Part shown: positions 34,374-46,288 of the stretch, piece after piece
Position numbering within the stretch: position 1 is the first letter of the stretch
Layout of the letters: every line of letters begins with the position of its first letter
NCBI RefSeq assembly: GCF_000315625.1
Contig: NW_005434607.1
Span: forward strand, 188,494 to 252,493
Reading direction: 5' to 3'
Length of the DNA: 64,000 nt
Source of the DNA: Guillardia theta CCMP2712
Lineage: Eukaryota; Protista; Cryptophyta
Position numbers and translations under genes: made by a program
The notes under the pieces: generated by a model
The model's database searches: none
The model's input: only the letters and a program-made list of their open reading frames with translations
Told to the model about the DNA's origin: nothing

Positions 34374-37095
34374 ATGGCAACGAGGTACAACCAGCACGGG
34401 ATCCGAGGAGGGCAGTTCACAAGAGCAAAGATTCAGCACAGCAGGGATCTGTTCAAGGAGCACGAGGCGCGCGGGAGTGTGGGGCCCGGGCTCTTGTATG
34501 CGAGCTCGACGGTAACGGAGAAGACAACCAAGTGAGTCCGACGCTTTCAGCTGCTCATGGCTGATCCGCCAGCTGCAGGACTGGCGCTCCCATCGGAACG
34601 GCAGAGAAAGTGCACCAGAGGCCCCTGTGGAAGCGGGAAGAGGAGGTAGCGGAGGACTTGGTGTTGGTGGAGGATGTTGATGAGCTCTGGATCGCAGTGC
34701 GCTGCCCAGGTGCCAGGAGCGGGCTCGTACTCACCAGGGACGAACTTGACGAGGTTGGGGAGTGAAGGAGGAGGAGACAGGGCGGCTGACTGGACTGCAG
34801 CAACGGCTTCGCTCCTAGGAGCCCCATGGCAACCATCGGTTCGGGAGCGAGAGAGTTGCGGGCCGCGGTTGACAGGAAGCAGGGAACGCGAGGAAGGGAC
34901 ACTCGAGGAATCTGTGGATCGAGCATGAGAAGAACGCGAGCGAGGTGACTGAACTAGCTGACCTTGGAGAGGCTTGCTGAGTATTTCAAGGTCCCTGCAC
35001 CCGGGGAGTACGACAGTATGTGCTTGAGTAGTATCGCATTCAGATCCAAGACAGGTCAGTCTTTTTTCCTCCCCCCCTCCTCATAGTTGTTGGGATCTTG
35101 ACCTTGATGACTTGCGGCGACAGACCTTGGCTCGTCAGTCTGCAGCCCCAACTCTTCCTCCTCCCAGCTCTTCTCCTCCAGAGGTCCAAACTTCCTTGCT
35201 CTCAGCTTGCAGGAGCTGACGGGCTGCACGAGAAGGGAGCACGCCTCGGTCAAGGAGCAGCGTCCGACATTCTCTTGCCTCCCTCCACGAGGCAGGTCGA
35301 GGCGAGCACTTGCTGATGAGCCCCAGAGTGCAGAGCATCCTCTCCTCCCCTCGCAACATCGAGAGCAAGCGGAAGAGCGTCGGGGATCGGCGGTGGACGA
35401 GCGTGAAAGAGCGGTCGGATTCCGAAGACATCCCGTCTCCTCGACACAAGGCAAGTTGCAGTGGGCGCAACAGGGTGAATGGGATGGAGGAGCTGGGAAG
35501 GTGACGAAAGATGAGAGACGGAGGGAGGTAGAGGACAGTGATGGTGTGGGAATGAGAGTCAGAAGAAGGAGAAAGAGATGCAGGAAAAGAAGGAGTGGGA
35601 GGAGGAGGAGCATAAGCATCAACAGCAGCAGCTGCAGCAGCAGGAGGCATTTATTAGGATGGATCCTCCCGCTGACAAGACATGCAGGAGTTGAATGCTG
35701 AGAACGTTCATGTCAATCGTAATCGGTCAAGGTGACTCACAACTTTGATCTTCTCGCCTGACGTCCAGCAGCCAAGTGAAGTCAAGCCCCTCCCTCTCCA
35801 GCAGGTTACCACCAGAAGCATCCAAGGAGTATCGCCAGGAGCTTGTGGAAGTCGGCAGGATTGTCCCGCAAACTTCTTCTCAGCTCAAGAAGCTCGACGT
35901 GTCATCGTCGTCCGACAGTGAGTCACCCATCCACCAGGTCTCAGAGCACGGGCTCAGTGCGTCGAAGCAGCCGAGCAGAGGTGAGAGGCGGGGAAGGGAA
36001 GGGACGGGGCGGGATGGCAAGTGTAGGATGACAGAGGGAGGGAGGGGCCTGTGCTTCATCTTTCAGCTGAGCCTTGAGACCAGGTGAGGCGAGGGAGGTC
36101 AATGCGGACAAGAGGAGGAAGTCTTGTGCGAGACAAGACGGAGGGTCGGATGCTCATTACCGTGAGGCCATGCGGCTCTTGACCCTGCATGGGTGAACAG
36201 CCGATGCCTCCCGCTGCTCCGCACGTTGACGGTCGAGGCAGGAGGAAGGAGGAGGCAGAAGAGAAGTTCAAGCAGGCGCTCGCTGCCAACCCAAGGGACA
36301 CGAGTGAGTCCCATCTCACCGCCTGCTCGTTGCCGTGAGAGCTGCCGCAGGAGCCCTCAGGCAGTATGCCAGCATGCTCATCCAGTCGGAGAGGCGGGAG
36401 GAGGCGGTCGTTCACATCCGCTCCCTCCTCCAGCTTGCCTACAACCACAAGAGGTGACGTCTGCTCCTGTCCAGCTGCCGCTGACGTGGTGCCCCAGCGA
36501 TGGAGGGAGCGTGAACAACACGTGGGGCACGCGGATGGTGGAGGACCTGACGGCCTGCGGCTCCCTCCTCACTTGTGAGTCACTTTGACGCTCATGTTGC
36601 CTCCTCACGCTCCTCTGCAGTGATAGGACGCGATGATTTCTCAGCTCGGGTCTACGATGCTGTGCTGGACATCAGGCCAAGTTTGCGACCACTTGCCTGC
36701 TGACTTTCTCACTCACACTGGCGCTAAGATCACACGCCTGCTCTCACCGCCTATGCTGATCTCCTCGTCATGAAGTCACTCAAGGTGAGGACGACGAGGT
36801 CCCAGAGCCGATGGCTCCCATCCTGCGCCACCACTCCCTCCTCCGCATCCTCCCGACGCTCTTCTCTTTCTACCTCTTCTCGACATGTCTTCCTTTCTCC
36901 TTGTTTGCTTTCTCATCTTTCGTGCTTTTCCGTTGCTTCTTCTCACAAAAGTTTGAAGACTCAGGGAGCGGAAGCAAAAAGTCTCAACGAGCAGGCTGTC
37001 CAGCTGTACAACAGAGCCTCGGAGATTCTCAAGGTCAGTCCTGCCTTTGTCTCCTCATCACCGTCATCTTCAAGCTGCAGGCCAAGGGCTCATGA
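34374..37095 (+). CDS. Protein with SHIPPO/PG-rich-like repeats and a C-terminal TPR-like region (possibly axonemal)
   Basis: N-terminal VGPGLLY, VPGAGSYSP and VPAPGEYD motifs. C-terminal EEAEEKFKQALAANP, ALRQYASML, RVYDAVLDIRP and ALTAYADLL. Confidence 0.6.
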
Positions 37096-37246
37096 GACAA
37101 GGGGGTATCCTCCTCCCTCCCTCCCTCCCTCCCTCCCTCCCTCCCTCCCTAAATTTCACAACGGCTTGCAACTCCCTCCTTCTCGCCATCTCGTTGGTTT
37201 TTCGACTTTTCCTCATGAGTAAATAAACAGAAAGCACGACAACAAC

Positions 37247-39281
37247 GCTTATGCTGTCATGGTGTAGAAGGGCTTCAGCACGTATCCCCGCATGTTCGGC
37301 GAGCGCTACAGCAACATTAGCTTCCATCGCCCCTTCTACTCGCCGAATACCTTCATGACTGCCCTTCTCATCCTCAGTGGTACCTCGCTCCCCTCCATCG
37401 CCCCTCCTTCATCGTATACTTCCTGCTCATGGTCATCAGAGCTCTCAGCGCGAAAGCAGGAGGCAAGAAGCTACGTCTGGATCGACTTGCTCGTCATCTT
37501 CACTTGGCTGGAGGTACTTGACAGAGCTCTCTTTGTCTTCGCTCCTGTCGATCACCGGAGAAACATCCTACAAGCTGGTCAGCATCGATCCAACACCTCT
37601 AGCGCAAGTCGCAGGACCTCAACGATCTCGATGCCTCGCTTCTCGGGTCTTCTCTCCTCGAACGAGTCCTCCAAGTCTCCCCGACTTGGCTGGTGACAAA
37701 CCGACGGTCAAACGAGGCGAACGGGGCGGAGGACGAGCACAAACCTCCTCCACTCTCTCTTCATCACTCGATGCGTCAGGAGGACCTTTGTAGTGCCTTC
37801 CTGTCTCCCGACCTGATGTCCAGCATGTGTCAACCAGCACACGACCCAACGAGAACCTGAAACCCTACCTTCTATCTTGATTACATAGTGCTTCAAGTAC
37901 CGCTCCTCTTGCTGCTCCTTCTCCCTCACCGCCTTTTCTGCCTTGACCTTTGAGAACAAATGGACCAGGAACTTCGCAGCCTGCTCCTCCTCTTTCTTGG
38001 TTTTCTGTTTCATCCCAGGTCAGTCGCTGGAGACTTGCAGTATACAACCCTCACGTAATGATTCTTCTTCCTCTTCAGAGAATCCTCCATTTCCGCTTTC
38101 GCTACGGCCTTCCAGGAGCATGTCAACCTCACCCACCCTTCAACCAGAGCAAGTTCATCACCGCATCAAAGATCGCTTCCTTGGCTTCTTGCGTTGCCCT
38201 CTTCTTCGACTCTCCGCTCTCCTCTCCTTCGTCCGCCAACACCCTCTCCGCGTCATGCTCAGCTACTTTGCTCGGGACTCCGTCCTTCTCTTCGCGCCTT
38301 TCAATGTCTTCACCCGCCAGCACCTTGGGAGCCTCCAATCCAAACTTCGCAAGGGGAACACCGTATCTGTCGATCTTCCTGTGCCCGAGGACCACGGCTC
38401 CGGAATCATACCCACGAATCTTCCACTGCTTGCACTCCATGTCGTCAGCCTTGCAGGGGCCTTTCCAGTCGTACACGATGTCGCCATTGGGCCAGTAGGT
38501 CACGTTGGGGATGAACTGAGCAAGTGGGTTGTTGTAGAGAGGCTTCTTGGGCGCATACTCTCCTAACGGCGACACGGCTCCTGGGACTGCCCTGTCGTTC
38601 TTCTGAAGCGGGACCTTGAACGGCTGACGGAGGGCGTTTGCTGCTGCCTCACGGCCGCTCCGGGATGCCCACTGGGGCTCCATGAGCATCTTGGGAATGC
38701 CTACCTTCCAGTTCTTGCCATCCAAGGCCTTGGCTGATCCTGAATCGCAGCAGCCCATCAGTGTCCGTGACTCAGATGTTACCAGGGACATACCGGCAAA
38801 ATCAGTGAAGGGTGAGACTTGAACGACAGTTTGCACTGCGGACTGCGAGCAGGGATCAAGGAGGAGGAGGACTAGAACGGGGTGTCGAGTTACGTTCACA
38901 GCGTCTCGAGGATCCGGCATGAATTTCATCTGATGAGATTCGAGCGTCGAGACATCTCCTGTTTTCCAAGAGCAGTCAGCAAAGTGAATCAGGAGTCAGG
39001 AATGCCGAACCTCTCTGCGTGGTCGACAGGAACACGAGGAGGGAGGCAAACAGAAGCGAGACTGTGACGAGGGTTGCGTGTCTCCACATGGTCTTCTTGG
39101 ATGGCTGCGTCCACTGCAAGCACTATCAGCGGCTGATGAAGGCGTCATGGTCTAGGAGAGCTTCTAACTTACCATAGGAGGCGTCACGAGCTCAACGGAG
39201 AGGTCTGGTGCCCCTGGAGCTGAGAGAGCAAGGATCGTCAGATGTCAGGAAAGAGTATCTCCTTGAGCTCAGTGCAACCAT
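37247..39281 (-). CDS. Hypothetical protein with an N-terminal TM anchor and a charged C-terminus
   Basis: WRHATLVTVSLLFASLLVFLSTT, a long exon at 38129-38740 and charged downstream exons. Ends approximate. Confidence 0.55.
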
Positions 39282-39807
39282 GCTGCCGAATCCTCACTGT
39301 CACGCGACTCACCGCCAATCGCCATTGCGCTCTCCCCGTCTCTCTGCGTCTATTTCGGGCAACCCAGGCCCTATCACTGACGGACCCGCCTCGGAGAGAT
39401 CACGGTCGGCAACACTTGGCTCCCGGGGTCACCCGGTGCTGCCTCAGGGCCGAGCCCGGCCTCACTCAGTGAAGTGCCCGGGCCCGGCCCGGAAATAGTT
39501 TTAAGGGCCCGGCGCCAGTGCTCACCGCCTCTTTCACTATCGCGATGGGGGAGAGATGAGGTAGGGCGGCGGGGAGGCATGGTGGATCAACAGCTGTCTC
39601 TGCCTCCTTCAAACCCAAGCCTGTGACTTGAAGACACGTTTGCGGGTGACAACTGAGGTGATTCAAGTTTTGCATCCCCTCCTGCCCCATTCAAGTTCTA
39701 TCTCAGTCCAACCTGCTGTTGCCTGGAGTCAGGCTGGTCTTGAAAGGGTCTTACATTTCACTTGCACCTTCTTCAGGTTTTGAGAATCATTGCAGCGAGA
39801 GAGCAAC

Positions 39808-41221
39808 ATGATGGCGTCAAGATCTCATACCGATCGTCCTAATCGCTCTGTTGTCACTCATCCACCATCATGGGCGCCTCACATGGCCGTCGAGCTAGAG
39901 TTGCAAGGGAAAGTGAGTGCGATGCGCAAGATTGGATTGGTTTTTGAACATTGCAGAAGAAATTTGCTATGATTCGCCTAGAAGACATGTTGTTGCTTAT
40001 GGTAACGAGGTGTTCTGTTGCAGGATGACGACGCTGATGTTGTAGACATGACATGCGCTGTAAAATCGATATCCTGCAATGCTTATGGAACATGCGTTGC
40101 TTGTGGATGCCAGGATGGCAAGGTATGGTCTTCTCTTGCATCCTCATTAACCTCCATCCTTTCAATCCCTACATCTGATCGTTTGAACTTCTTACCCTGA
40201 ATTATCTTCAAAGGTGAGAACTATCAAGATGAATGCGATGGACTGGCAAATCGCGCTTTGCATGGCGCATCATCCTCGTCTTGCGAAGCAAGGTGAGTAA
40301 AACGAGATTATCTTTGAAAATAAGAGAGTCGTCTTGACTGCTTGTTTTTGTCAAGGTTGCTGGCTTTCCTTGCTCGAATCGGAGATTCTAATGCACATAT
40401 GGAAGTTTGTTGCTTCTGATTACTTGATCATTGGTGGAAAGGCTGAATTTGAAGAGCTTTCCGGGCATTCATCGCTCGTATCTTCGGTTTCTTTCAGTCC
40501 CCTGGGCGATATGTTGGCCTCCAGTGCGATCAACAATGAGATCCGGTTGTGGAACTACACCTCAGATGAGAAGAGAAGTGAAGTCATCAAAACATCCGCT
40601 GCCCACAGTGCCATGGTCCTGGCGTTTAATAAGGATGGGAGCCTTGTTGCCTCTGGTGGGCGAGACAGGCGAATCAAATTGTGGTGCACCACAGGGAAGA
40701 ATGAGATCTATGACGCTTTCGAAGGCCATGCCGGTATGATACAGGCTCTTGCGTTTTCTCCAGATGGGAGTTTGCTTGCATCAGGAAGCAGTGATTGTAC
40801 AGTACGGCTGTGGAACATGCAGTCGCTAACATCTTACAGAGATCCTCTCCGTGGCCATTACAGAGGTATCCATGCAGTCGCGTTCTCTCCCGATGGTGTC
40901 CATCTTGCGGCTGGCTCTGGTGACTGCCTCATCTCTGTTTGGCAAGTGGCAACAGGAGAGCCCAAGGCTGAAGCACTGAAGGGACATCTCTCCAGTGTCT
41001 TCTGCCTTGCCTTCTCGCCTGATGGAAGATATCTGGCCAGTGGGGGTAACGATAGAATGGTGAGACTGTGGTGTTGCAGAACATGGCAGCAGGTTCAGAC
41101 CTTCAGAGGTCACAGTTCAGGAGTCTCGTCCGTGGCTTTCTGCAAGGGTGGACTGATCCTGGTTTCAGGAAGTGGAGATGGAACTGTCAGGCTCTGGGAT
41201 TTGAGGCAAAGGATGGGATGA
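39808..41221 (+). CDS. WD40-repeat protein with an inserted F-box-like helical motif
   Basis: Six clear WD repeats (e.g. GHAGMIQALAFSPDGSLLASGSSDCTVRLWN) plus one upstream degenerate blade. Exons splice in phase. Confidence 0.9.
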
Positions 41222-42305
41222 AACTCCTGCAAGATGTCATTCTTCTTCGCTGTTGATCAAACCCCATCAAATCCGTGCTCAACGAGCTACTGCTTTCAAC
41301 GAGTTGTTGTGTTTGGCTGTCGTTCTCTTTCAGGGAGGATTTTGCTTATTCGGACCACCCACTGCCGATATCTAGTTGCAAAGACGCCGTCGTGCTGTGA
41401 CTCTACGTTTCTTACCGTCTTTGCAAAACCATGTAGAGGATAAATACATTAACTGCACAACCATGTAGAGGATAAATCTTTCCCTTTTTTTGACTGAAAA
41501 AGAAGGACAAAACGGAGAAATACATTAACAAGTAAGATGATTTCATCTCTTTGCTTGTGTCCTGCTATCAAATAACCATGTATGACGCACTATCAAATCC
41601 CTCATCATTCCTGTACCATAACTAAACTCCAGCACGAGCAAGTGCTCTGGGAAAGCGCGCAGTGGGAACACTCACGAATACATCTCATCGTAACATCGCA
41701 GTCCATTCGTCGACTTCAGCTGACCCCGCAAGACACCCTGCAATCCTTCAATTGCCGTTTTCAGTCTCCCCACCTCCTGGGCGGCATGGCGGGGAGGAGC
41801 TCTGGATACACTATGAGGTGTTAGTTCGGTTTCAAGTCGACAAGACAGGGGACATGCCCATCCTGCAAACAATTTCCGAAGGCTCGGAAAAGAGCAACGC
41901 AACAATGTGAAACGATGCGTATTGGAGGAGACGGCACTGAAAAGCCTGCCTCAGAGTTATCCAATAAGACGAGCTGCGGCATCAGCACGTGTCAATACCT
42001 GACCAGAGGACAGCAAAATTTTCGAATCCATGAAGAAACATGGGTTCTTTGAATTGAATATTCAAGTCTTAGGTTAAAGAAATATATTCAGTTTTCAAGT
42101 ATCCAATTATACCTCGGAATTTCAACAATTCATACTCCTCTGTCAAAATAGAAATATGGTTGAAATCAAAACCGCTGTCTTTGCAATAGTTCCCTTATTG
42201 CGAGGGAGTCCTGATGCCCAAATCTATCTCTATCTGTAGCTTCTGAGGCCAGCGCTGAACTCACTATTGCCCTCTCAGTTAGCTCCTCGAAAGGAAGGGC
42301 GGGAA

Positions 42306-43495
42306 GGTGCAAAGGAGACAAAGTTTGGAGGGCAACAATACCAAACGATCCATTATTGAAGGTCAAAAAGATGAAAACACAACGATTACGATTGTTGCCC
42401 CCGAACCTTTGCCTCCTTAGCTCCTGCGATTCTTCTGTCATGGCACCCTGTATTTCCTAAAGAAGCAACGATTGGCATTGTTGTGCACTCACCTGTGCCT
42501 CCTTAGCTCCTTACAACGTCATGTTCCTCCGTTGCTGACTGAATCTATTGAAGATATCTGTCAGCAGGTCAGCGTGCTGACACTCGGCTGATGCAAGAAG
42601 GAGCAAAGAAGGCGAACATTCGGGGGCAACAATGAGAATCGTTAGGGTTTCATCTCTGTGCTGACCTAACAAGATTTCACTGGAGCAAAGAAGACAAAGG
42701 TTCGGGGGCAACAATCCCAACCGTCAAGATAAAACAAAACCTTTGGGATTGTTGCCCGTCTACCTTTGTCTTCTTAACTCCTGGTGTCCTCTGGCCGATA
42801 ATTAACTGACGTCAGCAGATAGTCTCGTGTAAGCCTAGCAAAAATGCAACATGAAGTGTTTGGGATTGTTGCCCGTCTACCTTTGTCTTCTTAGCTCCTG
42901 CTCCCTTCCCTGTACCTTTGACGGTTTGGTCAGCGAAAATGGAGCATGACATTCTAAAACCCAATAACAAACGACGTTTGGGATTGTTGCGCGTCTACCT
43001 TTGTCTTCTTAGCTCCTTAAAATGTCATGTTCCTCATTGCAATATGCAGAAATAGAACCGTTGGGATTGTTGCGCGTCTACCTCTGCCTTCTTAGCTCCT
43101 TACTATGTCATGTTCCCTCGCTGCTGACAAACCGATTCTCGATATCTTTGAGGAGATAGGGTTCTGTAAGCCTAGTTTCATATTTTCAAACAACGCTTGA
43201 GATTGTTGCCCATCTACCTCTGCCTTCTTAACTCCTTGTAATGTCATGTTCCACACAAGTTGAAGAAGGATACGCAACGGTTGGGATTGTTGCGCGTCTA
43301 CCTCTGCCTCCTTAGCTCCTTGTGATGTCATGGTCCCGATTCCTGTATGGCAGGCCCTGGAAAAACTCGAAACGGTTGGGATTGTTGCGCGACTACTTCT
43401 GACTTCTTAGCTCCTTGCGTTGTCATGGTCCTCTTCCCCTATGTCATCATCGCAGGAGCAAGAGGCAAGTTTCGGGGGCAACAATTTGAAACGTT
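42306..43495. repeat. Interspaced array of 13 degenerate 44-bp repeats in mixed orientation
   Basis: Consensus AACGNTTGGGATTGTTGCSCGTCTACCTYTGYCTYCTTAGCTCC. Forward copies start at 42381, 42467, 42738, 42855, 42973, 43056, 43192, 43276 and 43371. Inverted copies are at 42306, 42600, 42682 and 43455. Confidence 0.92.
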
Positions 43496-43499
43496 GCAT

Positions 43500-44430
43500 G
43501 CACGGTATGGACCGGGCCTCAGTAGCACGCCGGGCCCGGTCAGTCCAATCGGAATAAACATAACCTTACTAGTTATGGCTTTACTCAAAGTTAAGCCTAG
43601 TACGCCAAAACCCCGGTGACCTTCTTTACTCAAAGTTAAGTTAAAAAGCAGTACGAGGACAATCAGGAGAGTCGAGGAGGCTTGACCCTGACACTGTCGC
43701 ACAGGCCAAACGGCGAGAAGAGAAAAGACAGCGAGAACCAAACCCAATCCTGCCGAACTTCCGAATGCTGTCCCCCAAACTTAACTGACCACTCGTGACT
43801 TCCCCTTTACTCGTGACTACTGATTGTGATCCGCCGCATCTGGCTTATCCTTAGCTCAAAGGATCAGTCATAGAATCACTGGCAGTCATACTAGAATCTG
43901 CCGCGCCAGCCAGTGCCGCAGTCCGTCCGATCATGCTGCGGCACTCCAAGTTCCATCACGGGAAGTTCCGATCACCGATCATATAGCCGCTATGCCGGGT
44001 CCCCGGTCTGATCGGATCAAGACGTGGGAGAGTTGCAAGTCTCTCACAGCCTACATTCGTCAGGACTGAGACAGAGTCACTGGCAAGCCGGAAAGTGAAG
44101 GGAACTTACTCATGATGGAGGGGTCGGAGATTCCATTATCCCAGTCGGAGCCAGAGGCCGATTGACGATGACCGTAACGAGGGCAAAGAGGGCATAGAGG
44201 AGGATTGACATGGTGGGTGGCCTGCGCCGCCCAAAATGCCGCAGACTGGAGGTACGAAGCAGGCCGCGCCGGACCGAGCTCCCTCGTCCGCCCATTAGAC
44301 CGTGTTTTTTTACTGTAAGGTAGTGAATGATTGTTCTCAATCACTGTAGCATCACGGCTTCCTTCCCGAAAGTGCTGATTCCGGAGCAGGGAGCTGAGCA
44401 GCAACTGCCGCCCTCAGGCCTGCCATAATG
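43500..44430. other. GC-rich scrambled intergenic island with the conserved core at 43625-43685
   Basis: TTTACTCAAAGTTAAGTTAAAAAGCAGTACGAGGACAATCAGGAGAGTCGAGGAGGCTTGA. Confidence 0.75.
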
Positions 44431-45192
44431 CTCCTCCAAAACAAGAAGCGGTCTCTCTTAAACGGCTTTCTTCTCATCAGCAAATAACCACATTGATGCA
44501 TTGAGCGGGGGGAGCAGAGTACATTTTAGCATGGGATCCAAACAACTGAGATCTCACATTCGGAAGATCCTTTTTGATTCATGTCAACCCAAGGCTGATC
44601 AAGGTCAGTGTGTCTCTCGGCCTCTCGAGATGCCTCACTGGATCATCCGACTTGTGACCGCATCCAATCCTGAATCTCCTACTGTCTCAAGCTTCCTCGT
44701 CCCCAGTGAAGTTCGCCATGTTCGCAGATGCCGTTCGCTATGCCCGGCTGCCTGCGGGCATGGTGCTTGAAGAGTCTCATCAGATCTTTTACTCAACCAG
44801 ACAGCTGTAAAGAGAGGACGGTTCGGATTGTTGCTGTCTCAACGAAGTAACCTATTGTCCTACTCCCACCGGTGGATACATAGAGTCCTATCTCTAGTAC
44901 CGCTGCCACTGGTAATATATTTTAAACTTTACTTAATGCAATTCTGTACCCTATTTTCGCTGATTCTAGTACTTCCTCTACTTTTAGGGCCGAGACTAAC
45001 GTCCGTTAGCGTATCGCGAAAATATTGCGAACGCAACGAAACGTTTTAGAAATATTGTAAAACGTTTATAACTATTATACAATTTCCAAACGGTGTGTAA
45101 ATTTGAAATAAGTGGGTTTATATATCTACAATGTCATTTATTAAATGTAAGCAGGCCTTGATCATCGTGTGGTAAAGCTGTGTTGTAATAAA

Positions 45193-45221
45193 GAGAATCG
45201 CGAACGACGTTCGCGATTCTC
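45193..45221. other. Perfect 14-bp-arm inverted repeat
   Basis: GAGAATCGCGAACG-A-CGTTCGCGATTCTC. Confidence 0.9.
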
Positions 45222-46288
45222 CGTATCCATGAGATTAAAACTGCTTTTTAATGTATTTGAATTTGTACCAAAAAAATATAGGTCAAAACAGGATGACGAA
45301 ATGGTTTGAAACGTTGTTGAAGGAAAATGTTTCCAAAATGGAATTGTTCGTGTCAGGTTGATATATATCGAAGCAATGCTTGTTTGACAGGGAAAGGGAT
45401 ATCTATTAATTACCCGCCCCCTTTGGAAAGAAAAGCAACGGTTCGCATTGTTGTGGGTGATGCTTTTGTAATTAATTTTCTAAAGATGTTTGCACTGGAA
45501 ATTTTTTGGTTCACGACGATCAAGGAAGGGCGAAAAATTCCACTCAAATTTGAAATTTTTCGGAACAATGCTTTGCATCTCCAAAGTGTTGGTCCCTAAA
45601 CGCGTTCTATTTTGATACAGAAATCGTCCAAATGTTTCAAATCGCGCAAGCACACCCGAGAAAACTTTGAGGTTCGACAAATGAAGAATCAAACGTTCAG
45701 GTTGAAATTTCAAATACAAATGTATATTTTCCTGGATTTCACAGATATTTTCGGAGAGAAAAACAAAAACTGCAAGGGTGCATTCCCATGTTTTTTGTAA
45801 AGTTAATTTCCACAGCAGCAACAATGCTGAACGTCGCGAGATTGAAGCTGAGGCGGGCATGAAAACAAATGCAATCCAAGTAGGGGGTCATCCGACTAAG
45901 TTTTAAGGTGACATATTGAGGGTAGGGGTAGTGAACGGGCCCGTCAAGAGAGAACGCTTCGAATTGTTGCGGGTGTTCGAGCGGGCAACTCCTTGCAAGG
46001 GGAGTGAGAGTGCATCGTTTCGGATTGTTGCTCCTGATGAAATCAACTTCAGTGAAATCACTTTCTTCTCTACTTCGATCCTCCTATCTTGTACCACTCC
46101 TGCGTTCCTCCTTCACTCCTCCTCCGCTTCTTCTTTCTCCTCCTTCTTTCCTTCTTCACTCCTCCTGCGTTCCTTGTCCGCCCCTTCTTATTCCCTCGTT
46201 CGTTTCTCTTTCGCTCCCATTGAAATCTTTACTTTTCTCTGCTGTTTGTACACGTTCCTACCACTTAATCTTTCATCCTAGCTCGACC

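Noticed and set aside
41580-41910. Short ORFs next to the array as an associated effector (also 44430-44830 and 45327-45860)
   Set aside because: No recognisable nuclease, recombinase or transposase motifs and no consistent exon structure. They may be gene relics.
42467-43414. Array as micro-exons or a peptide repeat (GAKEAEVDAQQSQP) on the minus strand
   Set aside because: AG|GAGCTAAGRAGGCAGAG|GT looks splice-like, but a 17-nt exon shifts frame and reaches TAA. Four copies are inverted and the ORFs are short. A spliced non-coding RNA is not excluded.
42306-43495. Bona fide CRISPR array
   Set aside because: Repeats are degenerate and in mixed orientation, spacer lengths vary widely and partly share sequence, and there are no cas genes or leader. 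The context is eukaryotic.
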